A DNA stretch of 64,000 bases from Octopus sinensis (lineage: Eukaryota): NCBI RefSeq assembly GCF_006345805.1, contig NC_043001.1, positions 131,998,001-132,062,000 on the forward strand, written 5' to 3'. A program made the translations under genes and the position numbers. The notes beneath the pieces were generated by a model, which made no database searches, was not told where the DNA came from, and was given only the letters and a program-made list of their open reading frames with translations. Positions 41,019 to 52,926 of the stretch are shown one piece after another; positions within the stretch are counted from its first letter, which is position 1, and the number at the start of each line of letters is the position of its first letter.

Positions 41019-41442
41019 CAGGTCGTCGTCGACTTACGACCACAATTGGTTCCGACTGAGTGGTCGTAAGTCGATCTGGTCGTATAGGCCTACATATACA
41101 TTCTTAAGGCACATTCTCAAATCACATACAGCATTCTGTATAATACTATCATACTGGTGTTAGCAAAAAATTTCGGAATCTCAAGCAGTCGTCTTATAAA
41201 CAAATACGAGGATGCCTCGATGTCTCCGCGACAGGATAGTCATCCAACATAGTGGCGATCGATAACCAAACCTAGGGGAAGCGCTTGTTAGCTGTCATCA
41301 TCCGTAGACGGGTTAATTTCTAAGAAATTAAGCCCATTAGATTCAACTGGACTATTCATTATTGCTGCCGGGAGCTGGCGCGCCGTTCGTCGTAAAGTCG
41401 ATCGGTCGTACGTCGGATAGGTCGTAAGTCGACGATGATCTG
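41019..41442. mobile_element. pogo/Tigger-type MITE
   Basis: TIRs caggtcgtcgtcgacttacgacc and ggtcgtaagtcgacgatgatctg, TA TSD, subterminal repeats. Confidence 0.85.
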
Positions 41443-43114
41443 TATGTATCCCTTACTCGTAGACTATCATTTTACTACACACAAAAGTTTGAGTTTTAGC
41501 TGTGAAACTAAATGTAATTTTATATTGTGATAGTTAACTCAAAAGGTCAAGGAAATAATGGAAAATGAAGCAAAATTTTAAATGAACAACAACCTGGGTG
41601 TTTCTGTGCACATGTATGAATGTGTTTTTGTACCTGTGTTAGTAATTTTTACGAAAAGAACGGCCATATTGATGTCATCTGCAGCTACAATTATCATGTA
41701 TTTGTTTCAGACTAAAACACCCGGAAATCTTGTTGAAGTACATCTATTCAAGATCAGGTTACTTCATTTCCCATTGCAAATAGACAGAGCATGACATAAA
41801 ATACCTTTTTAGCTTTGTAAAGCAAAATTTCAACATTTATATAACTATAACAAAAAGAAAACTCAAGCCTGAAAAAAGTAAAAATAGCGAAAAAAGCCAA
41901 GATTGCAATCATGAGGGAAATGTCTTTTTATAAAATAAATACAGAAGAAACAAAAGAAATACAAAGATAATTTTGATTTTATTCATTTTATCTCAAAGGA
42001 TACATCTTAAGATTAAATTTTTTTTTTCCATTCAAATTATCTATTTTATTTCGTTTTATTTTTATAGACTTGTTTATGTTATTTTTTCATTCAATTTCTT
42101 TGTTATTTTCTATTTTGGATTGGTGTTGACATTCGTACTCAATTTTTCATTTCTTGATTTGTATATTGCGCTACTAGTTTTAAAAAAAATATATTATGTT
42201 TTTGTCTTGAAACGACTCAAAGGTAAATAAAACGAAAATGAAAAGTAAAAAGAAAAAAAATAAACAAAACAAATATGTACAAATGAATAATAATATATCC
42301 CTGTATTCATGTTAATATACATAATTATCGACATATTTAGAAATGTCAGAGCATATAGTTTTGAGTATAAATATATATAAAACGACAGTGAATTTCAATG
42401 GCGGAATGTCACTAACCTACACATCTATCAAAGTAAACCAACAAGCAAACATTTTCATTAAAGAATGTATACATTCACTTTGAAGCATACACGATCGTAT
42501 ATGCAAAAATATAAGCGTTCAGGTATATGCGTATTTATGTACACATACGCATGTGATTAAATGAGAAAATAGGCAAAAAATGCATTTAAGAAAACCAACT
42601 GCATAGAATTCTCCAAAAGATAGAGAAAATATATATATACCACTATTAAAGAATTCTTTGTGATTCATTATGTAACGATGATTAAGCACAAGGCTTATCG
42701 TTCATCTACAAGTGTACCATGATCGCCTCATTAGTATTTTACCATTAATTAGAGATACCATGGTGACGGCGTGTTTTGTTAGCAAAATAAATGTGGACAG
42801 GTTTCAATGCCCTGCCGAAATCAATAATCAATACACTTAATTTAATAAAAATGCTCAGTGGAAAATATAAACTTGGTGGTATATAGTTGTTTAAGAAATG
42901 GCCATTCCTTTACAAACTCGTTGCTTATTTTTACTCCCGCCATTTTTGTGTTCATTGTTAGTTTTATTTAGACATTTTTGATGTACCGTTTTCAACGGGA
43001 ACAAACACGAAATTTCTAGTAGTGGCAGTAACAATGGAATGTTACTAATTTTTTCAGTTTCTCGACGATGTTTACATCGTTAATGTTCATCAGCGTCAAA
43101 TATACTCACATACT

Positions 43115-43159
<45 letters not shown>

Positions 43160-43262
43160 ATGCGCCTAAGCGTGTGCAAGTTTCTCGTGTCCCAGAGTTT
43201 CAGTTTCTCCTGTCGAAGGAAATATCAGCTGGAGGAATTTCAAACGGTTCTCTATTTGCTAG

Positions 43263-43500
43263 AGAAGTGGTTTTCAACCAGGGTTCCGCCAGTACAGTCC
43301 AGGGGTTCCGCAAGAAGTTATAAAACTGCTAAAATCGGCAGTAATTTTTAATTCTCCTGTGCAGATATGTGTGCATAAGACTATTAAATTATTGCACAGG
43401 GGTTACTCGAGCCAGAAATACACACACACACATACTACAGTTACTCGAGCCAGTGGAATGTTTCCTTGGGGTTCCGCTCCAGCAAAAATTTTGAAAAGCA
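43263..43500. mobile_element. hAT-type MITE remnant
   Basis: agtggttttcaacc...ggggttccgc...tttgaaaagcac ends; internal 13-bp duplication ttactcgagccag. Confidence 0.5.
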
Positions 43501-43689
43501 CACATTTTGCTTCCTGAACTATTCTCTGCAGCTCATATAAAAATGAGTTTGTAAAGGAATGGCCATTTCTTAGACAACTATATACCACCAAGTTTATACA
43601 ATGAAATTGTAACGGACTGTCTCTTGACTTAGTCTCGAGATCAACCTTCTTAACTAATCCGAAAAAGGTTGATCCTTAATGCCTGTTCA

Positions 43690-43932
43690 AATGTTACTGA
43701 GATCAGCCCTTGTTGTCTATATCCACTTGCTTCGCCATTGGGGGTTTTAGAAGTCGACGGTCATGTTCGCTTTGTATTTTCTTTGACCTTTAGATTCTCA
43801 TCGACCACAGTGGATGGCACTGACAGGTTCGAAATTTCCCCAAGACACCTGATGAAAGCTGGAGGGTATATCAGCCGAAACGTTGTATTAACAACAAACA
43901 AGATGATGACAAATATCCGTCAAATGTAAATA
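43690..43932 (+). mobile_element. Solo Penelope pseudo-LTR fragment
   Basis: ggttcgaaatttccccaagacacctgatga...gtcaaatgtaa homologous to 31740-31842. Confidence 0.75.
43844..43889 (+). ncRNA. Minimal type I hammerhead ribozyme motif
   Basis: GACAC-CUGAUGA-A-AGCUG(loop)CAGCC-GAAA-CG-UU-GUAUU. Confidence 0.65.
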
Positions 43933-44329
43933 ATTCTTTATGCAGTTCGGCTTATATAATAAGTATCTATGTACGTACAAATGTATTTATTCATATTATG
44001 GATGCATGTGAGCGTGTGTGTGTATTTGATTGTGTGTTTGTGTTTCCACGTAAATATGCCATCTCTAAGTGCTCAATACATAACGTGTTAGAAGTGTATA
44101 GTGTTTATTGTATGTTGGTAAACTGGATCATTTCTTCATACCTAAATATTTTGTGCTGTTGGCTAACATTAACAATATGCACCGGTAAATCTGAAACAAT
44201 GAAATGGAATAGTGCTCAAGTTATATAAAAATGTTCAGCCGCAATGCGGGTAGCCACCGGTAATACCAACGAGAAGAACCTACATGAAACTGCTACGGCA
44301 GGCAAATTGCATGAAATAAGTTAAAAAGA

Positions 44330-44542
44330 TGATTAAAGATGATTACTATTGTAATTTGCATGCTTTCCTTTTGTATGCTTGCTTTTATACAGCAATGTTT
44401 TCTGCTTTTGTAATGTGCTGCTAGACTGCTTTCAACAATATATGCTTAAATACACTTAAAACTTTTTTTCCTGATTTTGACCTGCCGAAATGAGGGGTGC
44501 GTCTAATATGCCAGTGCGTCTAATATGCCGTCAAATACGGTA
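44330..44542. mobile_element. pogo/Tigger-like transposon end
   Basis: ggggtgcgtctaatatgccagtgcgtctaatatgccgtcaaatacgg plus TA; partner end not found. Confidence 0.5.
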
Positions 44543-44978
44543 TATTATACCAAATTGTTGTGTCCTCGACCCTTAGAACACGTTCAAAACTTGCTTACAT
44601 CAACATAAAGACTCGTTCTTCCACTGCCACATGGAAAACCGCAGCACAATGCAAATGCGTTATCAATCACAGGAAGCGGGAATGCAAAAACACAGTACAT
44701 GATCATAGACAGAGTATCACCACGCAAAACTGATTCAATGTCTACGATCCCTACTTCACAGAGACACTCTACATTGTCCGTCACCTTACCAATTCTAAAT
44801 AAAAGATTTGAGCTCCTCTCAACTTGACGCCATGTATTAACTTGAAAGTAGATTCACTCTCGGATACTTTATGAAAGCAACAAACACCACTGCCAGCACA
44901 ACCAATACTATAACCAACAACATTTCCAACTACACCACAAGCAATACAAACAGCTATGTGGTTGGTTAATTCTGAAGC

Positions 44979-45210
44979 TGGCGGCGAGCTAGCAGAATCG
45001 TTAGGACGCCGGGCGAAATGCTTAGCGTTATTTCGGCTGCCGTTACGTTGTGAGTTCAAATTCCGCCGAGGTCGACTTTGCCTTTCATCCTTTCGGGGTC
45101 GATAAATTAAGTACCAGTTAAGCACTTGGGTCGATATAATCGACTTAATACTTATGTCTGTCCATGTTTGTCCCCTCTATGTTTAGCCCCTTGTGGGTAA
45201 TAAAGAAATA
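44979..45210 (+). mobile_element. SINE family B monomer
   Basis: 19-bp TSD ggttggttaattctgaagc at 44960-44978 and 45211-45229. Confidence 0.92.
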
Positions 45211-45723
45211 GGTTGGTTAATTCTGAAGCAAAACCACTAACTCTTACCTGTCAAAAAGAACGGACGTCATTGATAACACTTCTAATCACAACTTTTCCCC
45301 GACACATATGACAAATAAAAAGGCCTCATTGTCATATTTCGTTATTTTAGACTTACCAATCAGTACAGTTGACCAATGTCAGCCGCACAAAACTTTTACG
45401 TCTCAAGAAGTAATCTACTTTACTTATATATCAGTTCATTCCTTACTAAGAATCGAAGTCTACACCATTTGACTCATAATATTATTGTTATGTTACTTAC
45501 GAAAAATGACTTGTAACAAACAGAAACACACAGGCACATACAGAAATACACACACACCAATCCACACACACACACACATACACACACAACAAAAATATGT
45601 ATATTATATAATAAAAGTCTTTTTTAAGCTCTGTTGCGTTGTGTTGGCAGACTTGTACTTAAAATTACCTCTTTTTAATCAAAATATGTTAATTACTATA
45701 GTGACAACAATATTTACGTCTTG

Positions 45724-45796
<73 letters not shown>

Positions 45797-45871
45797 GTCT
45801 GTCTGTCTGTCTGTCTGTCCTTCACTCACATATTCTCTCTCTCTCAGTGTATTTCTCTCTCAACAATAACT

Positions 45872-46207
45872 GACGTTTGACTAATCAACAAATTGCTCCT
45901 TTTTTCTGCATTTCATTTTTTTCTCTGTTTCCTATTATAACAGCTTTCGTGTCATCTGATATGCGCTTCGGCTGACTCGTTTTAGTCTATTGTTACTACG
46001 TAATTTTTGAGTCAACAAACCAGCGCTTACCGACGACTGACATCAGCATATAACACTCGTTCTCTTGCATGCCTGCATAATTTCATATTATAAAAGAGAA
46101 GCAGATCTCCCTCTGTTTGTCCGTCACGACATCTATTGGAGGGCGGGAAAGAAGGGGAGGAATCAAAATATACGTCACAATGTATTTTATATAGAGGGGA
46201 GGAGAAA
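45872..46207 (-). promoter_or_regulatory. Possible promoter and first exon
   Basis: CpG-rich; CCAAT (attgg), GC box gggcggg and tgacgta motifs at about 46135-46180; minus-strand donor cg|gtaagc near 46030. Confidence 0.3.
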
Positions 46208-46282
46208 AGTTATTGTTGAGAGAGAAATACAGTGAGAGAGAGAGAATATGTGTATGAAGGACAGACAGACAGACAGACAGAC

Positions 46283-46347
<65 letters not shown>

Positions 46348-46627
46348 CAAGACGTAAATACTGTTGTCACTATAGTAATTAACATATTTTGATTAAAAAG
46401 AGGTAATTTTAAGTACAAGTCTGCCAACACAACGCAACAGAGCTTAAAAAAGACTTTTATTATATAATATACATATTTTTGTTGTGTGTGTATTTCTGTA
46501 TGTGCCTGTGTGTTTCTGTTTGTCTTTCAACATAGAGACAACGCAATGCAACGCGGTTTCAAAACAAGACTTTCACCATATAACAATATTTGGTGAGTTG
46601 GGGAGAGGGGTAAGTGTGTGTGTGTGT

Positions 46628-46631
<4 letters not shown>

Positions 46632-46725
<94 letters not shown>

Positions 46726-46770
46726 AGTTTCTTTATTAGCCACACAGGGCCGAACACAGCGGGGACAAAA
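46632..46770. repeat. (GA)n tract followed by a SINE B 3' fragment
   Basis: Direct run; tttctttattagccacacagggccgaacacagcggggacaaa matches the family B tail. Confidence 0.75.
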
Positions 46771-47899
46771 TACAATGTAGAGTTTTTCTTTTCGGAAAGA
46801 GAAAAAAAGGAGAAAAATAAAATTCCGATCAAAAGGGATCGTGAGAAAGAAAAATAAAAGATAGATAGATAGATTGTTGACACCATAGTAACTAACGAGG
46901 CTTTCACTATATAAGAGTCTACTATTAAAAGAAGGTACGTGCAAGATTAGCAAATATTTTCACCGGTAAGGTAGCGACAGATAATGATCTAGTAATCACT
47001 AAACATTATTTTTGTTCTGCATTTTCGAGCTTGATTTTTTTTGTTTTTCAAGTTCAGTATGGACAATTTTTGTCGTCTGCCTTTTGACTTCGTAATCATA
47101 TTCTTTGATCTCAAGCTTACTTTTTCTCTTTCATATAGCATTATGTATAGCAATATCATTACGTTCATCTCGGTTTTAACAGATCTTATACTTTAACATT
47201 ACTTGGATTAACAAATATTGTGTGAATCTTATGCAATCAGAAATTCCGTTTTTGATGTTTTGGTCACTCGCGGTTCGACTTGGGTGTTTTGACATAGCCG
47301 TAGAATGTTCCTCTTATTTATCCATTTAAAGCGATTATGTCGATCTCAGAAATCGGACTGGAGTTTTTTTGGTGTGTCTGTAAGAAGACAGATAGAAATT
47401 ATCGAGTGAATCAAAAACTCACTTTCGTAACATGTATATGTTTTAAGCATTGAAGATTACGATTCTACAAAAGAGAAACTCCCCCCCCCCCACTCGCTCT
47501 TTCACAGCTTTGATTTTCTTTTAAATTCTTTTTTTTTTTTAGATTTATGTTTTGAACATCTGAGGTGCAGAATTTTTTGAAACCTAAAGCTAAAAAGAAA
47601 AAATTAAATGCATCAAATCTGAAAAATTGCAGAAAAAAGAGGAAATTCACTCTAATTTTAAAACATTATTTTATTCTTAGTTTATTTCTGTATTTTAGCA
47701 GAATCATAGTTTACGATACTTAAGACATGCGCAGCCGAAATAATTACAGTAACGTCTTCCGGTCTGTCTTATCATTCGATTTTTAATATTTTCATATTTT
47801 GTGAATTTTTAATCTCATACTTATGTTATAACCATTCGATCATCTGACCCCAAAATCAGATTGTGATGTCTCCTTCCATGTTGTCCCCTTGTAGGAAAT

Positions 47900-48575
47900 A
47901 AATAATCCACTTTTCTTCGGGAGAGGCTTTTTGTCTGTGAGGTTTTGATTGTTATGTGCTGCTTTGCGGCGGTTTGTGTGTCTACGGTTGTTTGTTTGTG
48001 CTTTCTCTTCACGTAACAGAAGAGATAGTTTGGTAAAGGCATGTCTGTGGAAGACTATAGCTTCTCAGACATATCGTCGTCCGAGGAGGAGATGTTAGAA
48101 GCGGTCCGGAAAATGGACAATAAACTGAAAGCGGATAAAAGGAATTTTGCCGATGTTGCAAAATGTTGGGAGACCGAATTAAATATCGTAGAACTCGGAA
48201 GACAAAAATAAAATGAGTCAAGATGGTTTCGAGGTAAAGCTGTCCCCCACCCCTGCAAGAGATGCGAAACAGAATAAAGGAGAAAACAATAATGTAGCGA
48301 ACCTTTTCGATAAGCAAAGGTAAAATAGATATTGTCACTACAGAACAGGTAGAAAAGGCGCTGAGGCCAATTTGGAAAGATATCGTATACTTGACAAGAG
48401 GATCGATGTTTTAGTGTAGTGGAGGTGAGGCTTTGAGATTCAGTATTAGCGAGATAACAGGCGGCGACAACTATCAGGAGTAAAGAAGTGGTGCTTTTGC
48501 CCTCCTAGCGGGCAATGAGAGCTACGAGAATCAGTGTCAAAGGGATCCCACCAGAAATTGATGTGGCCTGGGTGG
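47900..48575 (+). mobile_element. 5' UTR and ORF1 remnant of an L1/Tx1-like element
   Basis: MSVEDYSFSDISSSEEEML... then EQVEKALRPIWKDIVYLTRG and KEVVLLPS..MRATRISVKGIPPEIDVAWVA with stops and frameshifts. Confidence 0.45.
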
Positions 48576-48802
48576 CAGAAACTGAAAGAAGCCCATCGTA
48601 TATATGTATATATATATGTGTGTATGTGTTTGTGTATCTATGCTTGTCCCCCCAACATTGCTTGACAACCAAGCAAAAGAGACCGATAGAATAAGTACTA
48701 GGCTTACAAAGAATTAATCCTGGGGTCGATTTGCTCGACAAAAGGCGGTGCTCCAGCATGACCACAGTCAAATGACTGAAGCAAGTAAAAGAGTAAAAGA
48801 GT
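48576..48802 (+). mobile_element. SINE family A 3' part with internal deletion
   Basis: Begins at aaactgaaagaagccc; gtaaaaga tail present. Confidence 0.85.
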
Positions 48803-49233
48803 ATATATATATATATATATATATATGGGTAACTGTATTAAACTTATTTAATATTATTTGTATATCAACTTGCCTTACTTGCTTGCTTGTCCTTACATTT
48901 ACTCCACTGCCTGCTCAAGTTTAAATCTCCTGAGCACTATGAAATGTATTCTATACGGAAAATATCTCTCTCATCTATAAACTATACAGCTATATATATA
49001 TATATATATTATATGTATATATGTATGTATGTGTGTGTGCATCAGTTTCCTCACATGAATTTATTTTCTCGATTCCCGAACAAAACAGAACTACTTGATA
49101 ATGAATGATAGCTTACAATAATAATATGGTGTTTAGTGATAGAATAACTTGAATCAGTGATTTTTTTTTGAGTATGGACAAACTATAACAGTAGGAAAGT
49201 GCAACACAATATACAATAGCGGGGGTGGGTAAC

Positions 49234-49265
<32 letters not shown>

Positions 49266-49354
49266 ATAGTATCTTTCATATTAATTTGTAATCTTTCAAA
49301 AGCCTGGATGTACAGAGTATTAGAAAAAAGTATGAGACACTCCTGGCTCATTAT

Positions 49355-49376
49355 TATTATAATGATTATCGTTATT

Positions 49377-49414
<38 letters not shown>

Positions 49415-49426
49415 CATTATCATTAC

Positions 49427-49474
<48 letters not shown>

Positions 49475-49488
49475 CATTACCATTATTA

Positions 49489-49521
<33 letters not shown>

Positions 49522-49770
49522 TATTATTATTATTTTTATTATTATTATTACCATTATTATTATTATTATTATTATTATATTATTATTATTATTATTATCA
49601 TTATTATTATTATTATCATTACCATTATTATTATTATTGTTATTATTATCATTGTTATTATCATTATTATTATTATTATTATTATTATCATTACTACTAC
49701 TATCATTATTATTATTATTATTATTATTATTGTTATTATTATTATTATTGTCATTATTATTATTACTATA
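49355..49770. repeat. About 400-bp degenerate (ATT)n tract
   Basis: Direct run. Confidence 0.95.
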
Positions 49771-50626
49771 TCAACTAAAGCTCATAATGATATTTTCTGT
49801 TTAGCAGGTTCTTGTTATAGAACCAGAAACCAAGGTAACGTATTTTGTGAAAGAAAAATAAAAAAAAAAAGAGAAAGTCTTAATAATGTGAAAATAGAAA
49901 AATGTTAATGAAAATTTAATGAAAACTAAATATTTTAAAATGATAGAATTTAAATATATTATAAAGCAAAATAAAATTTGAAAAATGGAAATATGAATGA
50001 ATAATAGATTAGGAAATTAATATAGATATAAAATAAATGAATTTTGTATAGTAATGAAGAGAAATTATAATTGAACTCAATCTTTATAAATTTTGAAGTT
50101 AGAGAGCAAACGATGATGATGATGATGATGATGAGGAAGAAATGGAAGATGAAGTCAAGCTATATATACTTACTTTTAACTGGTTGTTTTATGAAGGAAT
50201 TGAAAGTATGTTGCAGCTGAAGTGTGGACACTGAATGAAGGTGAGTGTTTGGTAGAGAGGTGAGAGCATTAATTAACTTATTAATCATTAAATGAGAAAT
50301 GAATATAAAATGACAGGAGAAACTAATTTAGCAACAAGTTTGACTTAATAGACCTTGCACTTAAACAAACCCACACAAACACACATGCACATATACATCC
50401 ACACAGATTCACATTTAAGTGTATACATACCAATATATTTGTGTGTTTGTATGTGTGAGTAAATGTATGTGTGTGTGTGGGAACACAGATATGAAATGAA
50501 AAATGTATATGTAATATATACACACACATACACATTTACATATAATTATATCACCAACACAGTTTTAACGTCTGCTCTTCCATGCTCGTGTAAGTCAGGT
50601 GAGAATTAGTTGTGGCAGACTTTTCT

Positions 50627-50776
50627 GTTGGCGTTAGGAAGGGCATCCAGCCGTAGAAACATTGCCAGATCAGACTGGAGCCTGGTGCAGCCTTCCGGCT
50701 TCCCAGACCCCAGTTGAACCGTCCAACCCATGCTAGCATGGAAAGCGGACGCTAAACGATGATGATGATGATGATG
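50627..50776 (+). mobile_element. SINE family E 3' part with (GAT)n tail
   Basis: gttggcgttaggaagggcatccagccgtagaaac...ggaaagcggacgctaaacgatgatg; older remnants near 52335-52490 and 52940-53150. Confidence 0.7.
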
Positions 50777-51127
50777 AATGCGTTCTAGATACCAACCTCT
50801 ACCTGTTTCCAAAGAGGTATTAACCTCCCACACATGGTTATGCAGGAGACAGGAAACAAACAGCACCAGCTGGATGAGCCTTTGAGCATTTACACAGAAG
50901 TGTACTCTTTTACTCTTTTACTCTTTTACTTGCTTCAGTCATTTGACTGCGGCCATGCTGGAGCACCGCCTTTAATCGAGCAACTCAACCCCGGGACTTA
51001 TTCTTTTGTAAGCCCAGTACTTATTCGGTCTCTTTTGCCGAACCGCTAAGTAACAAGGACATAAACACACCATCATCGGTTGTCAAGCAATGCTAGGGGG
51101 ACAAACACAGACACACAAACACACACA

Positions 51128-51165
<38 letters not shown>

Positions 51166-51166
<1 letters not shown>

Positions 51167-52117
51167 CAACAATTGAGGGTAAAATTAATTAATTATTAAT
51201 CAATTTCACCAAGTATTCAGTATGCAAAGGGACCATTTAAGGCGAATTCAAATTATTACATTATATAAAAGGGCTTAGTAAAATAAATTACTTTGCCGCA
51301 CACTGAACTCATTAGAAATAGTAGCTAAAAAAACTTTTTTAAAACTATTTCCAATACTTAAAGAAAACCTCTCTCATATAGTGTTTGCTCAATTCAACTC
51401 ACGAAAGTATGGGGGTAAAGACATTAAAAAATCAAATGCAAACGTTATTTGAGAACGTACGTTTCAAGATTAGTCAACTCGACATTTCTATCATCAGCTC
51501 AGAACTCCTTGGTTTGGATTTGAAAACACTGAAAGTGGGAGCATACCCTTTCGGCTTCTTATCGCTTCTGAAGATCTGCTTGAAACTAACAGTGCCAGCA
51601 AACTCAAATATGCAAGCGAAGAATTTCTGCTCTCCCCTTTCCACCAGCGTGGGTTAAAATCAGTAAACACTATGCTTTTTTCGGTAAAATCCGAGGCATT
51701 AAATAGAGAGAGATGAATTATAATTCCAACAATTGAGGGTAAAATTAATTAATTATTAATCAATTTCACCAAGTATTCAGTATGCAAAGGGACCATTTAA
51801 GGCGAATTCAAATTATTACATTATATAAAAGGGCTTAGTAAAATAAATTACTTTGCCGCATACTGAACTCATTAGAAATAGTAGCTAAAAAAACTTTTTT
51901 AAAACTATTTCCAATACTTAAAGAAAACCTCTCTCATATAGTGTTTGCTCAATTCAACTCACGAAAGTACTTTCGTGAGTTGAATTGAGCAAACACTATA
52001 TGAGAGAGGTTTTCTTTAAGTATTGGAAATAGTTTTAAAAAAGTTTTTTTAGCTACTATTTCTAATGAGTTCAGTATGCGGCAAAGTAATTTATTTTACT
52101 AAGCCCTTTTATATAAT
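51166..52117 (-). mobile_element. Non-coding hammerhead-bearing tandem element (retrozyme/Penelope pLTR-like) with an inverted terminal segment
   Basis: 560-bp period (caacaattgagggt at 51167 and 51727); hammerhead motif at 51450-51501; palindrome at 51820-52117. Confidence 0.7.
51450..51501 (-). ncRNA. Type I hammerhead ribozyme motif
   Basis: UGAG-CUGAUGA-U-AGA..GUC(GAGUU)GAC..UCU-U-GAAA-CGUACG-UU-CUCA. Confidence 0.65.
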
Positions 52118-52586
52118 ATATATATATATATATATATACATATATACGATGGGCTTCTTTCAGTTTCCGGCTACCAAATCCACTCACAAGGCTTTGGTCG
52201 GCCCGAGGCTATAGTAGAAGACACTCGCTCAAGGTGCCACGCAGTGGGACTGAACCCGGAACCATGTGGTTGGTAAACAAGCTACTTACCACACAGCCAC
52301 TCCTGCACCTAGTATAATATTTATATATATATATGTAAGTTTTTGACATTAGAAGAGGCATCAAGCCATAGAAACCATACCAAAGCAGTCAATGGAGCTC
52401 GATGCAATCATCCAGTTTGTTGAGTCCTGCAAATGTGTCCAACCCAATATGGACAATAGATGTTAAATGAGAATAATCATCATCATCATACCATCATTTT
52501 ATGTCCATGCAGGCATTACTTAGACAGATTGCCACTGTCTTGGTCAATTCTTCAGAGTTTGTATCCTCCTAACAAGTTGGAGAACT

Positions 52587-52926
52587 TGACTGAGACATCC
52601 TTTGGTCATGACTGACCGTGGGATTGCACCTAGAAAGTTACCCTCCCAGGCACAAGTCCGGGCAAGGTTGTTTATGGAAGACCAGCACTCGCCCATGTAT
52701 ACTGGCCTCCCCTCTCCACGCCACCAGTGTTATCCAAAGGAAAGGCAATGGCCGATACAGCTTGGCACCTGTGACGTCACAACTCATTTCTACAGCTGAG
52801 TGAACTGGAGCAATGTGAAATAAAGTGTCTTGCTCAAGAACACAACATGCAGCCTGGTCCAGGATTCGAACTCACAACCTCACGATCGTAAGCTCCACTC
52901 GCTAACCATTGAGCCATGCGTCTTCG
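52587..52926 (-). mobile_element. SINE family C, full length
   Basis: 14-bp TSD caagttggagaact at 52573-52586 and 52927-52940; tRNA-like head. Confidence 0.9.

Larger units (their letters stand above)
50903..52311 (-). mobile_element. SINE family A split in its internal (TA)n by the 51166-52117 insertion
   Basis: 3' half at 50903-51165, 5' half at 52118-52311. Confidence 0.88.

Noticed and set aside
51385-51657. 90-aa ORF in the 560-bp unit
   Set aside because: Antisense to the hammerhead, with no domain similarity recognised
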